DNA of 63,412 nt, counting the filler, from Octopus bimaculoides (Eukaryota): the NCBI RefSeq assembly GCF_001194135.2. It is 6 parts of 6 records of this genome, joined end to end, with 100 filler letters (N's around TTAATTAATTAA, not from the genome) between each part and the next. Parts side by side here need not be neighbours in the genome. Positions count along the whole stretch, not along the records: positions 34,318 to 43,429 come from NC_068995.1; positions 43,530 to 60,012 come from NC_069007.1; 4 more parts are not named here. One strand, written 5' to 3'. Of this stretch, positions 38,271 to 51,778 are shown piece by piece. Position 1 is the stretch's first letter. Every line of letters begins with the position of its first letter. The notes under the pieces are model-generated. The model saw only the letters and a list, made by a program, of their open reading frames with translations. It was not told the DNA's origin and searched no databases. The position numbers and the translations under genes were made by a program.

Positions 38271-39567
38271 TAGAATTTAAAGTTCCAAAGGAACGGCAGA
38301 TTATGCATGAATTACTTTCTTTCGTTCATGATCTAACTAATATTTAATCCTTCTGCTAAGAATTTTGCATACAAGATGGATGACGATAATGTGGGAGAAT
38401 GGATGAATGTATATATGAGGCAATAGTTAATGTTTCTCATTATAGTGACTCAGAAATTATACAGAGGTATCGATACTGGCTAGAGAAAGAAAGAAGATAT
38501 TGCGTAAGAAAGCAGGGATGAAAACGAGAAAGGGTGTAGAAGGGATTCTTTATTAATTCAGTTGACCATGTGAAGTACTAAAATGGACTGGTCTCGATTC
38601 ATTCCACCGAATATACCATAAGGCAGTCGTTCTCAGCGATAAATAAGAATTTTGTATACCGCTAAAGCGATGTTTGCCTAAAAGGAGATTTAGCAATAAA
38701 ATATTAAAGACTGAAGGATAGTCTTTCGCAGCAGAGAACATCATAGAAATTCCGTTATTAAATATTTGTCTCTCTTGTATATCACGTGATACGCAGGACG
38801 TTATTTGCCTGGTGCCCATGTATAAAATCATTTATCTTTTACATGTTTCAGTCATTAGACTGCGGCCATGCCGAGGTACTGCATTGATGAACTTTTTAGT
38901 CAAATGAATCGACTCCAGTAGTTATTTTTTTCTTTTACCTTGTACTTATTTTGTCGGGCTTTCTTGCCTAACCACTAAGTTACAATGCCGTAAGTGTATT
39001 GACACTCGTTGTCAAGCAATGGTGGGGGACAAACACAGACAAAAACCCAGACAGGAACACACAAGCACAGACACACAAACACACACATGCAAACACACAC
39101 ACCTATGTACGACGAGCTTCTTGTAGTTTCCGTCTAACAAATCCACTCACAAAGCTTTGGTCGCCTCGAGGCTATAGTAGATGGCACTTGCCCAAAATGT
39201 CACATAGTTCAATGGGTTTAAATGCAAGGACTGCATACGATCATGGGTCCAACCATGTGATTGGGAAGCCAGTCTCTTACCACACATCCACGCTCGCACT
39301 TATTTGAAACATTTTCCCAATATCTTTCAAACGCCAGAGTTACTTGGCGCTTGTGAAAAGAAAGCTTTAGCTTGCACAGAACGTATGAAAGAAAGAGTAA
39401 CTAAAATGGCTGAAATGAAGCATAGACATTTAGGACAAACTTGTGAAAATGATTTAGACAAACAAAGAGTTGAAATTCTTCGCATTTTCTTGCAGCTCAC
39501 AGTAAAACCTGCTACTTACTTTTGTTGACTATAATTTCAAGAAAGGTGGTTGTAAATCGATACTCAC

Positions 39568-40050
39568 TGCTGCAGTGAAATTATCTCAAGAAATTGGATT
39601 ACAATTTCTATAGATAAAATCTAAAACTAAGACAGCAGCAAAATTGGACATACAAATGACATTTCTGGTGACGATAATGAACAACCATAAAGATATCCCA
39701 TCCAACAAGAGAGAGGAAGGGGGGGGGAGAGAAAGAGAGAGAAAGACTGTGCAGGGACGAAGTCTTCGTGAGAACACAAATATGCTAGAAATAACAGTTT
39801 GACGTCCCTCCAAATACACACTACTGGCTTTAAAATGAAACGGCGCATTAGAAAGGACGCATTGACCTTTATAATCAATGACGCGCGGGAAAACGAAGGC
39901 GTTGCTACGGTTGGAACGCTTTAATTATAGGTCTGCTGACACATGGCGGCGTACGACCAAACAACGACAACCAGACAACGGCAATCACAGCGTCAACAAT
40001 CATAATTATAATAATAATAATTATCATTATCAAACTATTCAAGAGCCTCT
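39568..40050 (-). promoter_or_regulatory. CpG-rich promoter-like region with a putative non-coding first exon ending at 39568
   Basis: High CpG (gacgcgcggg; atggcggcg is YY1-like). Minus-strand donor GCA|gtgagt at 39568/39567. Only short uORFs upstream. Confidence 0.35.
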
Positions 40051-42499
40051 AACCGGTCAATTAAACTGAGAGAAGCAACAACTTCATTTTCCTCAATTTA
40101 CATCTTACATTTTGTCTGTAATTATGGACACACTGTTGTATTCTTCAATGGGTTTAAATGCAAGGACTGAATACGATCGTGGGTCCAACACTCTAACTAC
40201 TAAACGTCCAGCCTCCACAAACCCGACCTGGGTCTAAACCGCAGCACAAAACGACAAATCAGTTACACTGAATGCGCTATGTATTAAATTATAGACACAG
40301 GCATAGTTGTGTAGGCAAGAATATATATATATATATATATATATANNNNNNNNNNNNNNNNNNNNNNNNNNNNNNNNNNNNNNNNNNNNNNNNNNNNNNN
40401 NNNNNNNNNNNNNNNNNNNNNNNNNNNNNNNNNNNNNNNNNNNNNNNNNNNNNNNNNNNNNNNNNNNNNNNNNNNNNNNNNNNNNNNNNNNNNNNNNNNN
40501 NNNNNNNNNNNNNNNNNNNNNNNNNNNNNNNNNNNNNNNNNNNNNNNNNNNNNNNNNNNNNNNNNNNNNNNNNNNNNNNNNNNNNNNNNNNNNNNNNNNN
40601 NNNNNNNNNNNNNNNNNNNNNNNNNNNNNNNNNNNNNNNNNNNNNNNNNNNNNNNNNNNNNNNNNNNNNNNNNNNNNNNNNNNNNNNNNNNNNNNNNNNN
40701 NNNNNNNNNNNNNNNNNNNNNNNNNNNNNNNNNNNNNNNNNNNNNNNNNNNNNNNNNNNNNNNNNNNNNNNNNNNNNNNNNNNNNNNNNNNNNNNNNNNN
40801 NNNNNNNNNNNNNNNNNNNNNNNNNNNNNNNNNNNNNNNNNNNNNNNNNNNNNNNNNNNNNNNNNNNNNNNNNNNNNNNNNNNNNNNNNNNNNNNNNNNN
40901 NNNNNNNNNNNNNNNNNNNNNNNNNNNNNNNNNNNNNNNNNNNNNNNNNNNNNNNNNNNNNNNNNNNNNNNNNNNNNNNNNNNNNNNNNNNNNNNNNNNN
41001 NNNNNNNNNNNNNNNNNNNNNNNNNNNNNNNNNNNNNNNNNNNNNNNNNNNNNNNNNNNNNNNNNNNNNNNNNNNNNNNNNNNNNNNNNNNNNNNNNNNN
41101 NNNNNNNNNNNNNNNNNNNNNNNNNNNNNNNNNNNNNNNNNNNNNNNNNNNNNNNNNNNNNNNNNNNNNNNNNNNNNNNNNNNNNNATATATATTTGTAT
41201 ATATATATATATATATATATCTTAAGTATGTATACATAAGTAATCTTGTGAGAATATGCGTTTATAATTTTAGGTGTACGTCTGTCTCTGTATATATTTG
41301 GTATATATCAGACCATCTGGCGTTGTTGAGCCTCTGTCTGACCTTGATCAACCCCTGTAGCGTACATGAACCCAACTGATATGGCGTATGTCGCACGTGT
41401 CATTCCTACTTTCTAACCAGTCCACGTTTTGTATGTATTCAAAATGTCTTCCTATCGTCAGCCTATTTAGTCTATTTTATTTCCTATTAAAAAGAAAACT
41501 TATTGTTTTTTGCTTTACTTTTTTTTCCAACAACTGTTTCGTGTATAGTTAACGGTCAAAGACTTACAATTGTGTGAGTGTGTCTATGTGTGGCGATATG
41601 TAAACATGTATGAGGTGACCTGATTGTACATGGATGAGTGTGCTCATATGCTTATAAGTTTGCATACGCACGTTTATATAAACAAAGATATGCAGCTAAT
41701 GGTCTCTACCCTAGTAACGACCAGAATATGGTCTGAAACCGGTTGGGTGTTTTACATTTTTTTTTCTTTCGCTGTTGGTGTTATTTCTGGCAGGTCGAGG
41801 CATGCAAGCATATATGCTTTTACATATATATTATATCTATATGTACATACGAATATATGTCACTGTATGTGTGTATGTCTATAGATCGGAAGAGCGTCGN
41901 NNNNNNNNNNNNNNNNNNNNNNNNNNNNNNNNNNNNNNNNNNNNNNNNNNNNNNNNNNNNNNNNNNNNNNNNNNNNNNNNNNNNNNNNNNNNNNNNNNNN
42001 NNNNNNNNNNNNNNNNNNNNNNNNNNNNNNNNNNNNNNNNNNNNNNNNNNNNNNNNNNNNNNNNNNNNNNNNNNNNNNNNNNNNNNNNNNNNNNNNNNNN
42101 NNNNNNNNNNNNNNNNNNNNNNNNNNNNNNNNNNNNNNNNNNNNNNNNNNNNNNNNNNNNNNNNNNNNNNNNNNNNNNNNNNNNNNNNNNNNNNNNNNNN
42201 NNNNNNNNNNNNNNNNNNNNNNNNNNNNNNNNNNNNNNNNNNNNNNNNNNNNNNNNNNNNNNNNNNNNNNNNNNNNNNNNNNNNNNNNNNNNNNNNNNNN
42301 NNNNNNNNNNNNNNNNNNNNNNNNNNNNNNNNNNNNNNNNNNNNNNNNNNNNNNNNNNNNNNNNNNNNNNNNNNNNNNNNNNNNNNNNNNNNNNNNNNNN
42401 NNNNNNNNNNNNNNNNNNNNNNNNNNNNNNNNNNNNNNNNNNNNNNNNNNNNNNNNNNNNNNNNNNNNNNNNNNNNNNNNNNNNNNNNNNNNCAGACAG

Positions 42500-42532
<33 letters not shown>

Positions 42533-42582
42533 TACATACATACATACATACATAGATAGATAGATAAATAGATAGATAGATA

Positions 42583-42625
<43 letters not shown>

Positions 42626-43378
42626 TTCCCTATCACAGATATACACACTTAATGAGAAATAGAGGAGATAATTACACACACAGACACACATACAAGCATG
42701 CATACATACATACATACATACATACATACATACATACATACATACACAGAAGCTCAAGTTCACAAACTAAAGAAAAAAAAATACAAAACAAGACGAAAGA
42801 AAGACAACAATACTACACCATAATATGGCTTCCTCTAGAAGCTTAATACTTTTATTATTAGCATTTTATATATTATTTTCTAACGTTAATCTATGTGCAG
42901 ATTTACATATAATCCAGTTGTTTGGAAGCAACTTTCGAATCGGTATACTACTTAGAGAGCAGAGCGAGAGAAGATTGAACCTTAATATGCCATGCAGCTC
43001 AGGAATTCGCCTCAGCATCGCTACTCGACATTTGACACATGGTCTAAGTGAAGTCTAAATGTGGGATTATATTGAATTGAACGATGTCCAACGACGCAAA
43101 TTGAACTGGGGGTGTGTCGTAGTATGTATGTAGGAAAGTATGTGTGTGTGTGCGTGTGTGAGTGTGTGTGTGTATGTGTTTATGTGTGTGTGTGTGTGGA
43201 GGAAAATTGGTGTTTGTGTGTGTGTGTTTGTGTGTTTATGTGTTCGTGTGTTTGTGAGCGTGTGTGAGAACGTGCAGTGGAGAACAACACATCGAACTGG
43301 GTATATATATATATATGGGTGTTTCTTTACTTGTGCAAGGATATGCGCATGTGTGTGTGTGTATGTATATGCAAGCAA

Positions 43379-43429
<51 letters not shown>

Positions 43430-43812
43430 NNNNNNNNNNNNNNNNNNNNNNNNNNNNNNNNNNNNNNNNNNNNTTAATTAATTAANNNNNNNNNNNNNNN
43501 NNNNNNNNNNNNNNNNNNNNNNNNNNNNNACACACACACACACACACAAGCACACACATTCACAGACGTATACACACACACACACACACACACACACAAG
43601 CACACACATTCACATATGTACACACACACATCACAACCACCACCACTATAACCATCACACACAAGCACATGTGCATACATGCATGCACAAACATTCACAC
43701 ACACATCCACACATACGCGCATACACACACACACAAGCACACATACACACACACACAAACGTGTGCACATGCACACACCCATTAATGATTTTTTTGATAA
43801 AGCACCATGCTA

Positions 43813-44560
43813 CTACCACATCTACAACCACAACCACCACCACCACAACCACCACCTCAACTACCACATCTACAACCACAACCACCACCACCACAACCAC
43901 CACCTCAACTACCACATCTACAACCACAACCACCACCACNNNNNNNNNNNNNNNNNNNNNNNNNNNNNNNNNNNNNNNNNNNNNNNNNNNNNNNNNNNNN
44001 NNNNNNNNNNNNNNNNNNNNNNNNNNNNNNNNNNNNNNNNNNNNNNNNNNNNNNNNNNNNNNNNNNNNNNNNNNNNNNNNNNNNNNNNNNNNNNNNNNNN
44101 NNNNNNNNNNNNNNNNNNNNNNNNNNNNNNNNNNNNNNNNNNNNNNNNNNNNNNNNNNNNNNNNNNNNNNNNNNNNNNNNNNNNNNNNNNNNNNNNNNNN
44201 NNNNNNNNNNNNNNNNNNNNNNNNNNNNNNNNNNNNNNNNNNNNNNNNNNNNNNNNNNNNNNNNNNNNNNNNNNNNNNNNNNNNNNNNNNNNNNNNNNNN
44301 NNNNNNNNNNNNNNNNNNNNNNNNNNNNNNNNNNNNNNNNNNNNNNNNNNNNNNNNNNNNNNNNNNNNNNNNNNNNNNNNNNNNNNNNNNNNNNNNNNNN
44401 NNNNNNNNNNNNNNNNNNNNNNNNNNNNNNNNNNNNNNNNNNNNNNNNNNNNNNNNNNNCTACTACCACATCTACAACCACAACCACCACCACCACAACC
44501 ACCACCTCAACTACCACATCTACAACCACAACCACCACCACAACCACCACCACCACCACT
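43813..44560. repeat. 48-bp minisatellite spanning a gap
   Basis: Unit ctaccacatctacaaccacaaccaccaccaccacaaccaccacctcaa at 43813, 43861 and 43909, and again after the gap. Confidence 0.85.
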
Positions 44561-45129
44561 TTCTTTCAGTTTCCGTCTACCAAATCCACTCACAAGGCTT
44601 TGGTCGACCCAACGCTATAATAGAAGACACTTGCCCAAGGTGCCACGCAGTGGGACTGAACCAGGAACCATGTGGTTGGTAAGCAAGCTACTTACCACAC
44701 AGCCACTCCTGCACCTACCTTGAAAATGGAAGGTTACATAGAAGTGTATACTCCGAGGTAGACTGCATTTCGATAAAATGGGAGAGGGATGATCACAGCT
44801 AGAATAATTTTGATCATAGACCTGTTCGATCAGGAATGACCGAGGGTTAAATGACAACAACAGCAGTGAAAGGTGATTGAGTCTATGGGATCAAAAATTT
44901 TGCTAGAAATAGCAGCTGCTATCTCGAAAATTGAAGGCTACATAGAAGAATGTTGTCCTAGGTGGAATTATATTTCAGTTAATTATGGGATGGATGGTCA
45001 TATTGGAATGTCTTGGTTGGACTGGATTGATGAGAAGGTGAGGAAGATGATGATTGCCACCACATCACGACAGACATATCTGTGTTTTTTTTTTTGTGAT
45101 GGTCGGGGTTGGTGTTGTGCTTGGGTTGT

Positions 45130-45535
45130 AGCATGACCACAGTGCTACCACCAATGCCACAACACTACAGCACCACACTGCATTGCCATACTACACTACA
45201 AACTACAACAACCACCACCACAACCACCAATGCCACACAATAATATCACAACTAAAATCACCATCTACACCAACACCGCCACCACTACTACCACCACCGC
45301 CACCACCATCAGTAAGAGCAACACCACGACCATCACTATACCATCGCCGCTGCCAACACCAGTACGACTACCACTGCTACCACCATGACCACCACGACCA
45401 CCACCGCTGCTACCCCTGCCATCACTACCACCAACACCACCACCATCACTACTACCACCACTACCTCCACCACCACCAACGCCGCCACTACCACCATCAC
45501 CGTCACCACCACCATCACCACATCCACCACCAGAG
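45130..45535. repeat. Degenerate (ACC/ACT)n low-complexity tract
   Basis: Imperfect triplet repeats; no splice support for coding. Confidence 0.8.
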
Positions 45536-45670
45536 GTGAATATAACATCTGTACATTTCTCACCAATCACAGCTTTTATTTCACGAAATTTCATTCATTC
45601 TTTGCAGCGGAGGTGTATATATAAATGTGTATATACCTATATGCATGCACATATATACATACATACATGC

Positions 45671-45710
<40 letters not shown>

Positions 45711-46028
45711 GTGTGTCTACATGCATATGTGTGTATGTATATATATATATATGTGTGTGTGTGTACGATGTGTTTGTGTGTCTTAAGTAAATATTCTTTT
45801 GAACAGAACAATACGACAGCAGCAACAACAACGACGGGACGGAGTCTCTGTCCTTTCTCTAATTAGTGCATTAGACAGTGAAATGATCCAGAGTGTGTTT
45901 AGGACTGATTTTACTGTCAACATCACAGGTANNNNNNNNNNNNNNGGGGGAGGGGGAGGTAGGGAGGGAGGTAGATAAGTAGGTGGGTAGGTGGGTAGAT
46001 GGGTAGGTAGGTAGGTAGGTAGATAATG

Positions 46029-46067
<39 letters not shown>

Positions 46068-47165
46068 CGGATGGACGGACGGATGCATTCATGGATAGAT
46101 AGATAGATAGATAGAAAGAGATAGATAGATAAGATAGATAGATAGATGATAGACAGACACACAGATGGACAGACGGACGGACGGACGGAGAGACAGACAG
46201 ACAGACAGACAGATATAGATAGATAGATAGATAGATATAGGTAGCTAGATAGATAGATGATAGACAGACAGACAGACAGATGGATAGATAGCTACATATA
46301 AATAGATAGATAGATATAGCTGCAGATAGCTAGACAAAAGGGCAAGTCAGAAAGTAGTGCAGTTTTTATAACAGAATATATAGACAGACAGACAGGTAGA
46401 CAGACAGGTAGGTAGGCAAACAGACAGACAGATCTACATATATAACCATGACAGGCTTCTTTCAGTTTCCACTAACCAAATCCACTCACAAAGCTTCGGT
46501 CAGCCTGAGGCTATAGTGGAAGACTCTCACCCAAGGTGCCATGCAGTAGGACTGAACCCAGAACCATGTGGTTGGGAAGCGAACTTCTTAACCCTACAAC
46601 CACAGTTTATTAACTACACAAACCTTTTTTTTCAAAATCCTGGGATATGTGGAAAAAATTCATTTAAATAAAAAGGGCCGCTTGCTACTGAAAAGATTGG
46701 AACCACTGCCCGATACAGTCATATAGAAATAGCAGCCAAATTTCTGTTGACAGGGAAGAGTACATTGGATAATGAAATCTGATTATACAAAAAAGACAAG
46801 ATGACAATAACAGGAAGATCTTTGAACAGTGGTCAGACAGGGTGAACAACAGGGTTCACATAAAGGGACAACGCAACAACAAGTCAAATTACTCAACTAA
46901 ACCACGAAAAGCCAGAAACTCAAGAATTTAATTAAGAATTAATCCTCCAACTAATTAATTTTACTCTTAATAATTCTGCTACTTATTAATTTAACTACTA
47001 ATTAATCCTTCTAATAATTAACCAATTAACAGGTTTTTCGTGCACCACACATTGAGATCATACAAACACTTGCTCCACTCCCATGTCCTACATATTCTCA
47101 AATGGTTAGTTGTCGAGGTAGTGATTGTGGTTCTAATTCTTGAAAACCTTCAGGTCAAACTACAA

Positions 47166-47394
47166 TTAACCCTTTTGATACCAACCCAGCTGAAACCAGT
47201 TCTGGCTCTGAGTACAAATGTCTTGTTTTCATGTATTTGAAATTAAAATCTTCCACCAAACCTTAGTCACAATTTATGTTCCTAACACTAGCTTAATGAT
47301 AACGAAGTTATTTTACTAAATTCTTTGTTATATTTAAAATTAATTGAAAGAAACACAGAGCATCTTAAAATAAATATGGTAACGAAAGGGTTAA
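47166..47394. mobile_element. piggyBac-type MITE (family A); partial relatives at about 11575-11788 and 16095-16228
   Basis: TTAA-CCCTTTTGATACCA...TGGTAACGAAAGGG-TTAA; 12/14 TIR match; internal sequence shared with the two other copies. Confidence 0.7.
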
Positions 47395-48046
47395 GCCTAG
47401 CACTTATTCTAGGTAATTTTCATCAGTCAAATCCAGGACTCAGCAGAATATATTTACCCAAAAGGTGCCCCCGTGACTTAGTGGTTCAGCAAAAGATACT
47501 GACAGAATAAGTACTAGACTTAAAAAAATATCAGTCCTGGGCTCGATTCGTTCAAATAAAGCTGTTCATGGTAGTGCACCAGCATGGCCACAGCCCAACA
47601 ACTGTAGCACATAAAAGAAATGGAAAACGATAGCAATATACTAACCAGCCTTCGTTTACATGCCACAATGTACTGCTTAGCTGCCATTTCTAGCAGGTAC
47701 AGATGATGATGATGGTAAGTTTCTGTGCGTGCGCGCGCGCGTGTGTGTGTGTGTACATACACACATAGATACATATGTACATTCATAAGCATCCACACAC
47801 ACACACGGAGATATCTATGCTATGTGGGTATGTGCATGTATATGTCTGTATATCAAAATTTACTTGCATATATATACACACACACACGTCTAAATTTATA
47901 CACACAAATTCCCCCACACACCCATCTATAATATATACACCCACACATGCTGTGCGAATGTTTCACCCACTCTCAAGTTTGGAGTGAACAGGTGCAGCCC
48001 GAAACATTCCCTTCAAGAGGAAGTGTCAAGCGCTATTCTGGTGCAT

Positions 48047-48093
<47 letters not shown>

Positions 48094-48241
48094 TCATGCA
48101 TGCGTACAGACCCACAAACAAAACACCTACACATGATAAGACACATGCACACACACACACACACACACATACACTACAAATTATACTTTTGTGTGTGTGT
48201 GTGTATGCGTTTAGATATTCATTACTCTATCTTTCAATCAT

Positions 48242-48290
<49 letters not shown>

Positions 48291-49361
48291 CACATACTTT
48301 TAACTATAAATACACAAACACAAAATATTTCTTGGTAAGCACATATGTNNNNNNNNNNNNNNNNNNNNNNNNNNNNNNNNNNNNNNNNNNNNNNNNNNNN
48401 NNNNNNNNNNNNNNNNNNNNNNNNNNNNNNNNNNNNNNNNNNNNNNNNNNNNNNNNNNNNNNNTATGTACATACATGTGTGTGTGTATATGTATATATAT
48501 GTACACATATATACTTATGTACACATGTATATATATATATATATTACATATATATACATATATACATATACATATATACATATACATATATATATATATA
48601 TACACACATACACACATACACACACACACACACACACAAACACACACATATATATATATATAATCATTTTGAACCGTTAATCTCTACACATTCTTTCTCT
48701 CTCCATTTCATTTTTATTCTCAGTCTGTTTCTTTTCTCTCAATCCTTTCCGTCAAAGAGCACAGGCTCGAAACATCAAAGACTTTTCCGTCCTTCCTGAG
48801 TGTCAAACTACTACACCTGCTTCTTGTTCCCTCACCTGTCTTCGTCTTTTGTTTTCTGTAAATCTGAACTATATAAATATAAAATAAGGTGGGGGGTGGA
48901 ATTATCCCTAAAAAGTTTTTTAAAAAAATGCAATATAGGCATGTTCTTAATATATGTTGCCGATGGGAAAAAGGCCATTCCCTCCACATAAGAATGTGTG
49001 TATGTGTGTATGTGTTTATGCATGTGATTGTATGCATGTGTGTGTGTATGCATATGTGAGTGTACTTTTATGCGTCTATGTGTGTCTATGCATGTGTGAG
49101 AGTGTATTTCTATATGTTTGTGTGTGTGTGTGTGTGTGCATGTGTCTAAGCGTGTGATTGTATGCGTGTGTGTATGCATGTGTGAGAGTGTATTTTTGTA
49201 TTTGTTGTTGTTGTTGTGTGTGTGTGTATGCAGGTCTTGTGCCTTGAGTAGAAAAGATTATTATTATTATTATTAATATTATTATTATTATTATCATTAA
49301 TATGGTTATTATTATTATTATTATTAATATTATTATTATTATTATTATTATCATTAATATG

Positions 49362-49394
<33 letters not shown>

Positions 49395-50191
49395 ATTATT
49401 ATTACTACTAAGGCGGCAGAATCGTTAGCACACCGGACAAAATGCTTAGCAGTATTCCGTCTGCCACTGCGGCTCTGAGTTCAAATTCCGCCGAGGTCAC
49501 CTTTGCCTTTCATCCTTTCAGGGTCAATAAAATTACGTACCAGCTGCATACTGGGGGTCGATCTAATCGACTGCGCGTCCCCACAAAATTTCAGGCCTTG
49601 TGCCTATAGTAGAAAAGGATTATTAGCCATCCTGGTTTACATAGACAGCCCCGTAAGATGAACAATAGTGACAGCGGCATCAAGCAACAAGTGCAGCAGC
49701 AGCAACATCATAAGCTAAGAGAAGACAGAGCGAGGTCGTTAAGTGTGACTTTTCTTTCCTTCCTCTCCTGTGAAAGTATTTCCGCATCATTACCACCACC
49801 ACCACCACCACCACCACTACTACAAGTGTGTGTGTATGTACATGCGTGTGTGTGTGTGTACATAATTACATACATGTGTGTGTGTGTATATATATGCATG
49901 TATACATATATATATAGCTTTATATATATCCACACATACAAACACACACGTACATAGATATATATAAAAATACATGTATGTATGTATGTATATATATATA
50001 TATATATATATATAAATGTACACACACATATGGATATATGCATATATTTATATATTATTTATATTATATATATNNNNNNNNNNNNNNNNNNNNNNNNNNN
50101 NNNNNNNNNNNNNNNNNNNNNNNNNNNNNNNNNNNNNNNNNNNNNNNNNNNNNNNNNNNNNNNNNNNNNNNNNNNNNNNNNNNNNNNNNNN

Positions 50192-50232
<41 letters not shown>

Positions 50233-50404
50233 TATATACAGATATACATATATATATATATGTACAAACACATACATGTATATATATACATATATATACA
50301 TGTGTGTGTTTGTGTGAGTAGAAGCAGTGTTCATACACACATACACATATATACATACACATATACTTACATCCATACACACACACACATACACATATAT
50401 ACAT

Positions 50405-50456
<52 letters not shown>

Positions 50457-50957
50457 ACGTGTGTGTGTGTGTATGAACACTGCTGATATTCCCACTCCTA
50501 CCACTCCCAATATTCATACCACTGTTACCCTGACAACCGCTCCCCCCACCTCTTCAGCACCCCTATTAGCACCATTAACCATTTCCAACACGGTCTGTTG
50601 TGACCACCACCAATGAGAAGAAACAGCGGAAGAACTCATGAGGTTGAAAGGACACAGAGAGAAAGGAAAGAGGTAGCGAGAGAGAGGGAGGGAAAGAGAG
50701 ACAGACAGACAGAGATGGTGCATAGTTCCAGACATTCCAGCTATGACCATCCCCTGCTTTTCATATATCTAATTCCACATAATCTATAATCCATCCTTAT
50801 TGTTTAGCCCTAGGTCACTCTGATCCAACAAACTATTATGAAAGGCATTTAAACTGTAACCATCCCACAATGCCTGCTACAATCTTTTGTAAGATTGTAG
50901 GGTCTGGTTTGAGAGAGATTTGACTGCTATTTCTAGCATGGGAGAAAAATATAACGA

Positions 50958-51275
50958 CGGTTGTGTGGTAAAGAGGTTTGTTTTGTGATGGTTTTGGGTT
51001 CAGTTCCAGAGCTCAGCATCTCGGGCAGAGTTTTCTACAAGAGCCCTGGGCCAGCCGATGCCCTTTTGGGGTGGGATTAGGGAGACGGAAGCTGTGTGGA
51101 ATCCTGCTACGGGTGGAAACATGTCTTGCCTTTCGAAACATTACCTTATTTGGAAACAGGTGAGGGTTGGCGGCGGGAAGGGCACCCAGCTGTAGAAAAT
51201 CCGACTCGACAGACTCTGACTCATGAATACATGGAAAAGCGGACGTTAAGAGGAAGATGTTGATGATGATGATGA
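50958..51275 (+). mobile_element. SINE with RTE-like 3' tail ending in (GAT)n (related tails about 2650-3185 on +; 5003-5420, 15630-15880, 18200-18360 on -; 12225-12445)
   Basis: Recurrent ggaagggcatccagctgtagaaa...catggaaagcggacgttaaacgatgatgat. Confidence 0.7.
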
Positions 51276-51324
51276 TGGCAATGGTGATTGATGACGGTGG
51301 TGATGATGATGGTGGTGGTAACGA

Positions 51325-51778
<454 letters not shown>

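Noticed and set aside
5534-44560. 35-bp and 48-bp tandem units as a CRISPR-like array
   Set aside because: Head-to-tail repeats without unique spacers, in eukaryotic DNA with no cas genes
45183-45624. Thr/His/Gly-rich mucin-like ORFs
   Set aside because: Degenerate ACC triplet tract open in several frames; no splice or signal-peptide support
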